From NCBI RefSeq assembly GCF_004010195.1, contig NC_057718.1:55544422-55608421 (forward strand): a stretch of 64,000 bases of DNA, read 5' to 3'. A model generated the notes under the pieces. The model was not told the origin of the DNA. It searched no databases and saw nothing but the letters and a program-made list of their open reading frames with translations. Both the position numbers and the translations under genes were made by a program. Every line of letters starts with the position of its first letter. The stretch's first letter is position 1. The stretch is from Chiloscyllium plagiosum. Lineage: Eukaryota. This document shows positions 13,965 to 26,129 of this stretch, one piece after another.

Positions 13965-14236
13965 CACCCTTGCACAGACTGAGTGCCACCAACTGGATTC
14001 CTTCCTCCCATCAACCAACCAGGTCATACACTCTACTTGTGTTCACCTATCTCCACCTCAACACCCTGCTCCCCCACCCCCTTTATTTGCAGCTCCCCTT
14101 ACTCCCATCCCCAGTCCTGAAGAAGGTTATACCTGAAACGTTGACTTCTCCACCTGCTGATTCTGCCTGGCTTCTGTGTTCTTCCAGCCTCCTGCTTGTC
14201 TACCTTGGATTCCAACATCAGCAGTTTTTTTGTCTG
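13965..14236 (+). mobile_element. PLE 3' end/pLTR fragment
   Basis: C-rich PLE 3' region followed by a hammerhead motif and a pLTR tail. Confidence 0.7.
14113..14146 (+). ncRNA. Minimal type I hammerhead ribozyme motif
   Basis: AGTC-CTGAAGA-AGGT tat ACCT-GAAA-CGTT^-GACT; stem I AGTC/GACT, stem II AGGT/ACCT, palindromic ACGT. Confidence 0.75.
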
Positions 14237-15289
14237 TTAGAAAGATGCTGACAACTATGAGTGGTACAGGATGAAAAAATCGTAGCAGTTCCCTGGATAT
14301 CTAGCCCAGACCTGCATTTTCTGGCTATTGTGGTTACAAATGAACTATACATTAACAAAGTGGCATCTTCTTCTATTGGTACAAACTGCTGGTTCATGAC
14401 AAGGCATCTGCCATGCAGATGCAATCAATTGGACTCTGAACCCACAGAAAACCAGCAATGCCATTAAAATCTGATGCCCTTAACTGGCCGATTTCCCCCA
14501 CCCCCCAAGTTAAAAGGTAAAGAGATTGATTGATGCACTCTTGCAAAGAAAGCATCATACCCTTCCAGATATACTTACAAGTTAGTTGATGCCTTTGAAA
14601 TGCGACAAAGATCCCCAGAAACACATGGGATTGAGGGTAAATGTCATCTCTAGGGCTACTAGGGTTGAAACCCAATGGCCACAGGTTCTTGTCCAGCAGA
14701 TGACATAGAGATGAGACGTTGGCTCAGGAGTTCCTGAGGCAGCTTCTACCTTGGATGCCATTACCTTAGAGAGAGGATCTATGGACTTTAGTATAGCTAT
14801 TTTGCATGGAGAGAACTCACCCACTCCACATCAGATTTCACCTACTTCTCTGTCTTATATGTGAGGTTAAACAAGCTACAGTGTCATATCTTGTAGTTCT
14901 TGTGATGGTCTCCATTATCAAATGTGAAGATGAATATGAGATATGAGCAAGTTAAGTATATTCAAAACTGAGACTGATTTTTAATCAGTAAGGGAATCAA
15001 GGGTTATGTGGAAAGGGAGGGGAAGTGAAGTTTGAGGATTATCATATCAGCTATTATCCAATTGAATGGTGGTCCAGACTCAATGGGCTGGAATGACCCA
15101 CTTCAGCTCCTAAGTCTTATGAGGCATGAATGAGCTTCTCTTGCTCCATTGACTTTGTAGACCTGTGACATTGGGAGATCTCAATCTGGTTACAATGTGC
15201 TTTTGCTTGGTACTTCATGAGATTGGGTTGTAACTGAATGGTGTTGAGTTACTCTTTTCAAAGCAATTTGAAATTAAGTTAATATGAAG

Positions 15290-15480
15290 GCAAATGTGAG
15301 AACTGCAGATGCTGGAGATCAGAGTCAAGATTAGAGTGGTGCTGGAAAAGCACAGCAGGTCAGGCAGCATTCGAGGATTAGGAAAATCGATGTTTCGGGC
15401 AGGAGCCCTTCATCAGATTCCTGCTCCCCGGATGCTGCCTGACCTGCTGTGCTTTTCCAGCACCACTCTAATCTTGACTC
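15290..15480. mobile_element. Fold-back PLE pLTR insertion
   Basis: Perfect 49-bp inverted arms at 15322-15370 and 15432-15480; minus-strand hammerhead core at about 15385-15419. Confidence 0.85.
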
Positions 15481-15579
15481 AAATTAATATGTACCAGCCC
15501 AATTAAGGGGTGCTGGAAAGAAAATCAAATGTTCAAATTTAATTTAACAACATTCAATTAAAATGTCATTGTGTGAAGA

Positions 15580-16630
15580 TGATGCACTCCAGTCCCTGAC
15601 TGACCATGGAAGGCTTTGAGCATACCAGTAAACACTGCATGCGCCCTCTTCAAGGCTCCCTGAGTATGGATGTAACCATGGAAGAGGGGCAAGTAGTCAG
15701 ACAGAATGACCCCCTGAACCCTTCCTATATGGATCTCTTTATGCCTAAGTCCAGGAACAGAATCTGATAATTTGAAACAGGATAACTGTGATGAGGAAAA
15801 AGAAGAGGCAGACTAATTAAATATATATTTTGTTTGTCTTTACGAAAGAGGATACATGTAACTTTCCAAAGAACATTGGGAGGGGGGGGGCGTAGGAAAG
15901 AAATCAGCATTTGTAGGGAAGGGCAACTTTTTCACGCAGAGGGTGGTACGTGTATGGAATGAGCTGCCAGAGGAAGTGGTGGAGGCTGGTACAATTGCAA
16001 CATTTAAAAGGCATTTGGATGGGTATATGAATAGGAAGGGTTTGGAGGGATATGGGCCAGTGCTGGCAGGTGGGACTAGATTGGGTTTGGACTGAAGGGT
16101 CTGTTTCCATACTGTACATCTCTATGACTCAATGATGTCCAGGAAACTAGAAATTAAAGGCTGATAAGTCTCCAGGCCCTGATAATCTATATCCCACAGT
16201 ACTGGAGGAAATGGCCATAGAAATAGTGCATGTATTGGTGGATATCTTAGATTCTATAGACTCTGGAACAGGAGCTATGGATCAGAGGGTAGCTAATGTA
16301 GCCTCACTATTTAACAAAGGTTGAGAGAAAACAGGGTATTAGAGACCAGTTAGTATAGGGAAAATGCCAGAGGCCATTATAAAAGATTTATAACTGAATG
16401 CTCGTAAAATAGTAGCAGGTTTGGATGAAATCAGCCAGAATTTATAAGAAGGTTATGATGCTTGATAAACCTAATTTTTATGAAAAGTTATGGTGGACTT
16501 GACAAAGGGGAGCCAGTGTATATGGTTTACTTCGGCTATAAGAAAGTGTTTGTTAAGGTTTTACATTAGAGACTAGTATGTAAAATCAAAACATGTGGGA
16601 TTGGCAATAGTGGACTGAGATATATAGAGA
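15580..16630 (+). mobile_element. Decayed CR1 LINE with a nested younger CR1 tail (15910-16130)
   Basis: KSPGPD-like and RT remnants at 16165-16620; tail ctctatgactc at about 16130. Confidence 0.65.
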
Positions 16631-17392
16631 ACTACTTCCAAATGCTCTGCATGAGTTCAGTCAAGTGGTTTTCTTCCATTTACTGAATTTCTATTTCTAT
16701 CTAAACTTGTTTTTCTGTGTCAATCTGATAAGGATGTTGGTTTATTAGTTCTGACTCTGCTGTGTCCACATCATGCCTAGTAACATAGTACATCCAGGTG
16801 TATCTCTATAGATTATATCATACTTCCTCGGTCTTACAAGATCTTACAAGTTTCTCATATTGTCCTTTCTCTCATTATGAGAACACAGTAACTGTTCCAG
16901 TAGTTGTGTATTACCTAGTTGAACTGTAGGAGGTTCACTTTGAGAACTGTCTACTTCCCCTTCCACGTCAATCTCATTATCTCTGTTATCTTCTGCCTTA
17001 TCACCTGACACACTTGCTCATCCTTACCCTATTCCAAAGATAGTACCTTTTCAGCAGGCTTATACGGGATAACTAATTCTTCTTCCTACATTCAGGAGTA
17101 TTTATCAGAGAAGTCACTTTATTAACCCTTCTAGCTACTTTATATGGAATGCTGAATTTTGCTTTCAAAGGTTCACCTTATAAATGCTGCAAAACCAATA
17201 CTTCATTTTCCACTCTGAAACATACTTGTTGCTGAGTGTTTATCTGTCGTTTCATTTTCACCTGTGAAATGTTTAAATGTTCATGTGCTACCCTACATGC
17301 TCCTGTGAGTCTTTCTAGAAAAAGGGACATGTAATCCAACATTAAGGATTCACCTTTCTCATTCAAAAACACTTTTCTAATCAATTTTGATG

Positions 17393-17738
17393 GATCTAGA
17401 ATCCCTACAGCGTGGAAGTAGGACATTTGGCCTATTGAGTCCACACGAATCCTCTGAAGAGCATCCCACCCAGATTCAACCACCTACCCTATCCCTGTAA
17501 CCCTACATTTCCCATGACTAATCCACCTAGCCTGCAAATCCATGGATACTATGGGCAGTTTAGCATGTCCAGTTTAAATAAACTGCACATCTTTGTACTG
17601 TGGGAAGAAACTGGAGCACCCATAGAGGACCCATGCAGACATGGGGAGAATGTGCAAAATCCACATAGTCACCTGAGGCTGGAATCAAAGCAGGGTCCCT
17701 AGCTCTGTGAGGCAGCAGCGCTAGCCACTGTACCACCA
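17393..17738 (-). mobile_element. HE1-type V-SINE
   Basis: Reverse-complement tRNA-like head (tggtggtacagtggctagcgctgctgcctcacag) and V-domain. Confidence 0.85.
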
Positions 17739-18079
17739 TCTAATCTTATAACGAGAAACCAATCAAATGGATTAAATCTAACGATTCATTTAGAGAATCT
17801 CTGCTAGAAATTAATAAAAAAACTAATCCTTTGTCTCAATTCTGTGGGTATTCATGGGAGTATGCCTTAATCATGGTTTTGAGGGTCTGATTGTACCGCT
17901 CCAAATCTCCGTGTTTGCAGATGATACACAGTTCATTTCATTTTTTTTCCTCAAAACTGGTAATGACTTTCTGGAAAACCTTTCACATGAAGTTAGAATC
18001 CTGGTCAGGCTGTACCTCAATTAATAGTCCATAATGAGTTATAAATAAAACTGTTAACTCTTCCATTACTACTCTAGCT

Positions 18080-18332
18080 CAAAGTTTGGGAGAAGATTTG
18101 TAGCTCGGGTGCTCGTTGTTGTGGTTCTGTTCGCCGACCTGGACCCAATATACCGGCCACTACAGCGGACAGCTGGAACTGACAACCGGAAGCGGCAGAG
18201 ACAGGCCACTATAAATGCCGGAGGAAACATCATAGAAGCGCTTCACAGGAGGCTCCCAAGCACTGAGGATGTCACCTAGACAGGGGACGAAACGTTTGCA
18301 AGACAAATTCCCAGCTCGGCGAACAGAACACA
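18080..18332 (+). mobile_element. Short PLE family A insertion with inverted 5' pLTR piece
   Basis: 12-bp duplication actactctagct at 18068-18079 and 18333-18344; 18080-18142 is an inverted pLTR end. Confidence 0.88.
18260..18299 (+). ncRNA. Minimal type I hammerhead ribozyme motif (family A)
   Basis: GCA-CTGAGGA-T-GTCACCT agac AGGGGAC-GAAA-CGTT^-TGC. Confidence 0.7.
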
Positions 18333-19258
18333 ACTACTCTAGCTATAATTATTCTTAAAGAAAGAGCTTTGGGTTTCAAGTTGTCAACTCTGAGGATATA
18401 TTGATATCCTGCTTTCGTTTTTGGTAATGGTTCTGTAGAATCCATTAACACTCTACTAAATAATTCTGCAAAAACTGGTTTAGGTATCAAAGGTGCTAGT
18501 GTGATTACATGTTGATATTTTCCAAAATAACATGTTTTACAGTACTGCACTATATCTTTATGAAGTATTGGCCATGTAAAATACCTGTTTATTGATGCTT
18601 GTGTTTTCCATATGCCTGTAAGCCCTCCCACAGAAACTTTATGCACTACTTGCACTATCTCCTTATGATATCGGGGCAGAATGACTATTTGATGAACCAT
18701 CCATTCTTAGTCTGCAGGTCTGAGAGGATGTCTCCACTTCCTCATAACTATTTTCAATATGATAGCATTCGGAAACCCTTCACCCTCAGCTTCACTGTGA
18801 ACTGTCTAATAACTTGCATATTTCTGTTTGCTTAGCCTAATCAGTGAAGACATGCCAAACACCTCTATTGCACTATTCTGTCTCTTAAATATGAGTTTCA
18901 TAACATGTTATTAATGTGACTTTTCCTGAACTTCGTTAAGGCAAAGCTCTGGCCAAGATACATTCAGGAAAAATATCCTGAACTATTTCTGCAACTGTTC
19001 CATCTATCTAGCCTCAAATGGACTTCATATGATTATAGATGAAGCTATGTCTTGCACTCTTGCTAAATCGTTCCCCAGAACTAAATCAACTCCATCCTTC
19101 GGTAATCTCTGCATATTAACGACTATTAGACCAGACAAGTCGCACTCCAGTTGGACCTTGCACAATAGAACTGGGATATACTCTCCACCTGTTCCACCTA
19201 CCAAATAGTTTGAGTTTCAATGAACTCTCTGGAGGAAAACTCAATTCTTCTCCAGCAA

Positions 19259-19468
19259 AGTTAAAAATCACACAATACCAGGTTATAGTCCATCAGATTT
19301 AATTGGAAGCACAAGCTTTCGGAGCACTGCTCCTTCATCAGGTGGTTGTGGATGAAGGAACAGCGCTTTGAAAGCTAGTCCTTCCAATTAAACCTGTTGG
19401 ACTATAACCTGGTGTTGTGTGATTTTTAATTTTGTACATCACAGTCCAACACAAGCATCTCCAAATCA
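19259..19468. mobile_element. Fold-back PLE pLTR insertion (family B)
   Basis: Inverted arms; duplication cttctc(c/t)agcaa at 19247-19258 and 19469-19480. Confidence 0.88.
19310..19344 (-). ncRNA. Minimal type I hammerhead ribozyme motif (family B)
   Basis: Minus strand CAC-CTGATGA-A-GGAGC agt GCTCC-GAAA-GCTT^-GTG. Confidence 0.78.
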
Positions 19469-19589
19469 CTTCTCTAGCAAGAGAGATTGAGTAACCCCTG
19501 TATCTCTCAGAATTAGTTATGGGCTTGTTTTCTTCTTTTGAAGAAAATGGGTCATCTTCCCTTTAGATTAAAAACCTTCTAATTTCTGT

Positions 19590-19810
19590 TAAAAATCACA
19601 CAACACCAGGTTATAATCCAACAGGTTTAATTGGAAGCACTAGCTTTCAGAGCGCTGCTCCTTCATCAGGTCGGTTGTGTCCACAACCACCTGATGCAGG
19701 AGCAGCGCTCCGAAAGTTAGTGCTTCCAATTAACCCTGTTGGACTATAACCTGGTGTTGTGTGATTTTTAACTTTGTACACCCCAGTCCAACACCAGCAT
19801 CTCCAAATTT
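19590..19810. mobile_element. Fold-back PLE pLTR insertion (family B) with two opposed hammerhead motifs
   Basis: About 90-bp arms centred near 19680; duplication taatttctgt at 19580-19589 and 19811-19820; cores at 19638-19672 (-) and 19688-19722 (+, mutated to CTGATGC). Confidence 0.88.
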
Positions 19811-20205
19811 TAATTTCTGTCTCATTTACCCTATGCACCTCTTCTGCACACCCAGTAGTTTCTACCTGCAGTCTTTTTATTGTAGTTACAATCTGATCAG
19901 TGACCTTTTCTTTCTCAGTTTCCTTTTCAGACTTATTTTTATAAACTCCAGTAAGTTCTGTAGGTTTCCTCTTCTCAGTTTCGAGCATTCTGAATAAACA
20001 TATTCTATCTTGCTATACTGAAAACGTCTTGGCTTCCAATTTTCAACTTCACCCTCAGTATTTCCTGAACGGAGGAGAGACACTGGGCATTCCCAGCAAT
20101 CCACTCTTTACTTTGACAAATTGTCATTCTTTCATTTTCCCATTTTCAAATTTATGAGGGTGATAAAGAAAAAATATTTAGTTCTATTGATTAACCCACA
20201 ATTAC

Positions 20206-20500
20206 CATGGTGGCTCAGTGGTTAGCACTGCTGCCTCACAGCGCCAGGGACTCGGGTTCAATTCCTGTCTCGGGCAACTGTGTGGAGTTTGCACGTTCTC
20301 CTCGTGTCTGCGTGGGTTTTCTTCGGGTGCTCCGGTTTCCTCCCACAGTCCAAAGATGTGCAGGTTAGGTGAATTGGCCATGCTAAATTGCCCGTAGTGT
20401 TAGATGCATTAGTCAGGGGTAAATGTAGGGGAATGGGTCTGGGTGGGTTGCTCTTCGGAGGGTTGGTGTGGACTTGTGGGCCACACTGTAGGGAATCTAA
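20206..20500 (+). mobile_element. HE1-type V-SINE
   Basis: A box tggctcagtggtt, B box gggttcaattcc, V-domain gggtgctccggtttcctcccacagtccaaagatgtgc. Confidence 0.92.
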
Positions 20501-20599
20501 TATACCACCCATCTAGCAGTTGCAAACTTTTAGTCCTCAACATGAGGTCTTATCGCAGAAGATTGAGAGTTTTTAAATTCTTCTAAGAGAAGAGTGTTG

Positions 20600-20965
20600 G
20601 AGGCCGAGAAGTGACCTTAGAGGTGTATAAAGTCGCAAGGGGCATGGATAGGGTAAATAGACAAAGTCTTTTCCCTGGGGTGAGGAGTCCAGAACTAGAG
20701 GGCATTGGTTAAGGGTGAGAAGGGAAAAAAATTAAATGGGACCTAAAGAGCAACTTTTTCACACAGAGGATGGGGCATGTATGGAATAAGCAGTGGAAGT
20801 GGTTGACGCTGGTATAATTACAACATTTAACAGGCATCTGGATGGCTACATGAATAGGAAGGTTTAGAGAGATATGACAAATGGGACGAGATTAAGTTAG
20901 GATATCTGATTGGCATGGACAAGTTGGATCGAAGGGTCTGTTTGCGTACATCTCTATGACTCTAA
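20600..20965 (+). mobile_element. CR1/HER1 3' tail
   Basis: EVYK...GMDRVN remnant and tail ctctatgactcta. Confidence 0.8.
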
Positions 20966-20969
20966 TAAC

Positions 20970-22920
20970 CTATTTCAAGAGTAGTCATCTCTGGATTACT
21001 CGTGATGCCACATGATAGTGTGAGTAGGAATAGGAAGACAGGGCAGATGAATGTGTGGTGGAGGAGCTGATGCGGGGGCAGGGATTTAGATTTTTGGATC
21101 ATTAGGATCTCGTCTGGGGCAGAAGTAACCTATACAAGAGGGATGGGTTGCATTTGAACTGGATGGGGGAATCGGTATCCTGGCAGGGAGATATACTGAA
21201 GCTATTTGGAAAAGCTTAAACTGGTCTGGCAGGGGAGCGGGTGGGACCCTAAGCAGTTGTGAGACCAGAGAGAAGGTTGAGGCTGGTATAGAAGTTAAAG
21301 AGAGGACGTTAAGTGGACAAGGTAGGTAGGGGCATGGCAGGGACTGAGGGAAGACAGAATCATTTATTTCAATGCAAAAGGCCTGACAGGTAAGGCAGAT
21401 GAACTGAGGGCATGGATGAGAACATGGGAATGGGATAGCTTAGCTATTACAGAAAGATGGCTGGAAGGATGGGATTGGCAGCTCAATGTTTTGGGACACA
21501 GATGCTGTTGGATGGCTAGAAGAGGGGCAAGAGAGAAGGTGGAGTGACATTTTGATTAGGGAAATCATGACAGCATATTTAGAGAAACTTTCCTGAAGGA
21601 TCATCCAGTGAAGCTATATGGGTGGAACTGAGAAATAAGAAGAGGGTGATTATTTTAATGGGATTGTACATAAGACCCCAGCAGTTAATGGAAAATTGAG
21701 GAGCAAATATGTGGGAGATCACAGATAGCTGTAAGAATAATAGAGTTGTAATAGTAGGGGATTTTAATTTGCCAAACATAGACTGGGACTGCCGTTGTGT
21801 TAAGGTCTTGGATTGTAAGGAATTTGTTCAGTGTTTCAGGAAAACATTCTCAATCAATAAGTAGATGGCCATACTAGAGAAGAGGCAAATCCTGACCACC
21901 TCTTGGGAAATAAGGCAGGGCAAGTGATTGAAGCGTTAATGGGGGAGCACTTTGGGACCAGTAACCATAATTCTATACCACCTGATTAAGAGGCAGCGCC
22001 TCGAAAGCTAGTACTTCCAAATAAACCTGTTGGACTATAACCTGGTGTTGTGTGATTTTTAACTTTGTCCACGCCAGTCCAACACCGGCACCTCCAAATC
22101 CAGTTTTAAAATAGTTTTAGAAAAAAGATTGACCTCGTCCACAAGTTAAAATTCAAACTGAGGTGAGGCCAGTTTTGAACAGGAACTTTCAAAAGTTGAT
22201 TGGGAGAGGCTGTTTGCAGTGGCAAGTGGGAGGCTTTCAAAAGCAAGGGAAGAGTTCAGGGCCAGCATGTTGCTGTTGGTGTGAAGGGCAAGGCTGGCAG
22301 GGCACACTAGATAACTCGAGATATTGAGGCACTGATCAAGAAAAAAGAGACATATATCAGGTATCAACAGCCGGGATCGAGTGAATCCTTTTAGTCGTGT
22401 TGGGGGGGGTGAAGACGTACACATAAGAAGGGCAAAAGGGTTCATAGCTTTGACAGGTAGGGTAAAGAAGAATCCAAAGAGTTTCTACAAGTATATTAAG
22501 GACAAAAGAGTAATTAGGGAGAGAATAGGCACCCATTGGAGGGATTCTGAGAGACTGGATCTACATGTATTTGGAAAGGTAAGGACTGATTAGGGATAGC
22601 GTGGCTTTGTTGGAAATGGTGTGTTTCAAACTTGAACTTTTGAAGAGGTGATCAAGAAGATAGGTGAAGACACTTTACATGGGCTTTAGCAAGGCCTTTA
22701 GCAAGGCCTTCAACAAGGTTCTGTATGGTAGACTGGTTAAATCATCTGGGATCCAGGGAGAGCTAATGAACTGATACAAAATTGGCTTGAGACCGAGGGT
22801 GGTGGTAAAGGGTTATTGTTCACACTGGAGGCCTGCGACCAGTGATGTGCTGCAAGAATCGGTGCTGGGTCCAATGCTTTTCCTCACTTCTATCAATGAT
22901 TTGGATGAGAATATGGAGAA
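20970..22920 (+). mobile_element. Decayed CR1 LINE (ORF1 esterase, endonuclease, part of RT)
   Basis: YKRDGLHLNW SGNH-type motif at about 21130-21163; VIVGDFNLPNIDW at about 21745-21790; SVLGPMLF...INDLDE. Confidence 0.85.
21978..22100 (+). mobile_element. Family B pLTR fragment starting at a hammerhead motif
   Basis: CAC-CTGATTA-A-GAGGC agc GCCTC-GAAA-GCTA-GTA followed by the family B tail; interrupts the CR1. Confidence 0.8.
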
Positions 22921-25372
22921 CTGGGTGCCACTGAATGCACTGCTTCCGCAACCCTCCCATGCTTATGTTTCAATTGTGACTCCGACCGCCTTTCCAAGGA
23001 ACCTTTTCTTCCACATCAAATATGTTCCATCCACTTGGACACCCCTTCCTGGTCTCTTACCCGCCTCGACCTTTTTATTCTCCAACTGCTGCCAAGACAT
23101 TGACTGCCTCAATCAGTGCACCCGTCTCACCTACTCCAATCTCTCACCCTCGCAAAGTGCAGCCCCCTACTCCCTCCACTCCTTATGCTCCAACCGCAAC
23201 TTCACCATTAAATCAGTGGACAAGGGGGGGGATGCAGTGGTAGTTTGGCAAACTGACCTCTGAATTGCTGATGCCAGATGCCAACTCCGCCCTCCCCCCA
23301 CCCGATTGCCACTGTTTATGTCACTTCCTCCAGTGATGTTGCCAATGATCATATGATTGCCCCCACTTCAAAGACAGTTTCCACTCCCAACTCCTGCTCT
23401 GCACCAGGGTCCAGCCCTGCTGAGTTTTTACCATCCCCCCCCCCAGACCTTCCCCTCACTGATGATGAGCAATCAATCGTCATCAGAGGTCTCTCCTTCG
23501 CCCCAGTACAGTCCCAGGTCAGTGAATTCCATACGTGTTGCGACATTGAACTTTTCTTCCTCTGCTTCCTGCTTCCATGCTGATGTTTTCAATTGTGCCT
23601 CTGACCGCCTCTCCAAAGACCCTTTTCTCCCACATCAAACATACTCCATCCACTTGGACACTCCTTCCTGGTCACTTACCCACCTCGACCTTTTTATTCT
23701 CCAACTGTCGCCAAGACATTGACTGCCTCAATCTGTCCACCCCTCTCACCCACTCCAATCTCTCACCCTTGCAAAGTGCAGCCCTCTACTCCCTCCAATC
23801 CCTATACTCCAACCCTAACTTCACCATTAAAGCAGCGGACAAGGGGGGGATGCAGTAATAGTTTGGCAAACTGACCTCTGCATTGCTGATGCCAGGCGCC
23901 AACTCACAGATACCTCCTCCTACCACCCCCTCGAACACAACCTCACCACCCATCACCAAACCATCATCTCCCAGAACATCCACAACCTCATCACCTCAGG
24001 AGATTTCCCATCCACAGCCTCGCACTTCATGGTTTTGCAACCCTGCACTGCCCAGTTCTACCTCTTACCTAAAATCCACAAACCCGGTCGACCTATTGAC
24101 TCACCTGCTCCTGCCCCACCGAGCATATCTCTTCATATCTCAACACTGTTCTGTCCGCCTTGGTTTAGGAACTCCCAACATGCAGTTGGGACACTACCCA
24201 CGCCCACCACCTCCACCATGACTTTCTTTTCCCTGGTCCCCAAAGCTTCATCTTTACCATCTGCCATGGCAAAGCTTCTGAGCCCTCTATTTCTTCCTCT
24301 CCCTTCCACCCAACCAGTATCCTTCCATTGACACACTCATTCAATTGGCAGAACTGGTCCTCACCCTCAACAACTTCTCCTTTGAATCCTCCCACATCCT
24401 TCAGACCAAAGGGTATGCTATGGGCACCTGCATGGGCCCTGACTATGTTTTTCTCTTCGTAGGAATGTGGAACAGTCCATCTTACACTGGCACCATACCC
24501 TATCTCTTCCTCCACTATGTTGATGACTGTTTTGATGCCACCTTGAGCTTCCAACTGGAACAGTTCATCAACTTCACAAATACGGTCCACCCTGACCTTA
24601 AGTTTACATGTACCATCTCGGAAACCTCCCTCTGCTTCCTGGACCTCATCATCTCCATCTCTGGTGACTGGCAGCATGGACACCTATTTCAAACCTACCA
24701 ACTCCCACAATTACCCGGACTACGTCTCCCCACCCCCTACACCCACACCCTAAAAATGTGATCCCTTACTACCAATTCCTCCACCTCTGCTGTATTTGCT
24801 CCCAGGAGGATCACTTCTACTCCAGGACATCCCAGGTGACCTCCTATTTCAAGAACCATAATTTCCCTTCCCATGTGATCAATAATGCCCTCCAGTGCAT
24901 CTCCTCCACTTTCCGCATCTCTGCCCTTGAACCGCAAGGATAGAATTCCCTGGTCCTCACCTTCCACCCCAATAATATCTGGATACAACACATTATCTTC
25001 CACCACCTACAGTCAAACTCCACGACCAGATATATATATGTATATATATATATCCTTCCACACCTCCATCTGCGTTCTGTAGATACCATTCCCTCAGTGA
25101 CTTCCTCATTAGCTCCATGCCACCCCCTCCCAACAAAAGCATCCTCCACTCCCAGCACCTTCCCTCACCATGCAGGAGGTGTAAAACCTGCGTCCATATC
25201 TCCTCTCCTCACCTCTGTCCAAGGCCCCAAAGGATCTTTTCATATCCGGCAGAGATTTTCCTGCACATTCATTCACCTGCTCTACTGTGTCTGTTGCTCT
25301 CGATGTCGTCTCCTCTACATCAGGGAGACAGAACGCCGACTTGTGAACCATTTCAGGGAACCTCTCTGGGAC
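22920..25372 (+). mobile_element. Decayed PLE (RT and GIY-YIG) with an internal duplication
   Basis: [41 protein letters not shown] and YCVCCSRCRLLYIRET motifs with frameshifts. Confidence 0.9.
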
Positions 25373-26122
25373 ACCTTGTGTCTTTCACTGTGTCTCATAC
25401 CTGCACACACACACATCATGGGTGCTGGGGAAAAAATAAGCACTACCGCAGTTAGGCGGTAGTGTGGGGGCTATAAAAAGAAAAAAGAAAAAGATAAAAA
25501 AAACGAAAAAAAATAAACAGGATATTTCACGCAGCATTGCCCTTTGATGTCCAAGTTGACACCGTCCTGTCCCCCTTAGTCCAAGTTGACACCGTCCTGT
25601 CCCCCTTAGTCCAAGTTGACACCGTCCTGTCCCCCTTAGTCCAAGCCAACCTCATAGTCCCACAACCTCGCACCGCCCGCTTCTACCTCCTGCCCAAAAT
25701 CCACAAACCTGACTGCCCCGGCCGACCCATTGTCTCCGCCTGCTCCTGCCCCACCGAACTCATCTCCGCATACCTTGACACCGTCCTGTCCCCCTTCACT
25801 AGAAAAAGAAATAAACAGGAGTGTACTCTACTTTGATTAAAAAACTCTATTTTGATTTAATCCCTGCCCTCCCCTTCACTGTTTGATCACACAGCAAAGC
25901 CCTTTTTTGTGAAGGGCACTGCTTGTCACTCGGGTGTTTTCCTATCTTCCTGGTGGTGGAAATTGAATAAAGATTCGTGCACCTTGTGTCTCTCACTGTG
26001 TCTCACACCTACACACACGCACCATGGGTGCTGGGGAAAAATAAGCACTACCGCAGTTAGGCGGTAGTGTGGGGGTTAAAAAAAACAAAAGAAAGGAAAA
26101 AAAAGGAAAAAATAAATAAACA
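25371..26122 (+). repeat. Two direct copies of a hairpin plus A-rich tail unit (about 25371-25522 and 25980-26124) around a scrambled PLE piece
   Basis: caccttgtgtct...cactaccgcagttaggcggtagtgtggggg-A-rich-aaataaacagga occurs twice. Confidence 0.8.
25549..25645 (+). repeat. Perfect tandem repeat: 3 x 30 bp plus 7 bp (gtccaagttgacaccgtcctgtccccctta)
   Basis: Directly visible; the unit derives from PLE RT coding sequence (DTVLSPLVQ). Confidence 0.95.
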
Positions 26123-26129
26123 GGAGAGT

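Larger units (their letters stand above)
16630..20590 (-). mobile_element. Decayed Gypsy-type LTR retrotransposon internal region (gag, protease, integrase) with nested insertions
   Basis: Integrase-like ORF 18272..18700 (PLPKTKAGYQYIL), protease LILRDTGVTQSLLL at about 19475-19517, gag-like LEEFKNSQSSAIRPHVED at about 20530-20588. Confidence 0.8.

Noticed and set aside
20206..20275. tRNA gene
   Set aside because: It is the tRNA-derived head of a V-SINE and continues into the V-domain.
25549..25645. 30-bp direct repeats suggesting a CRISPR array
   Set aside because: No spacers, eukaryotic context, and the unit is PLE coding sequence.
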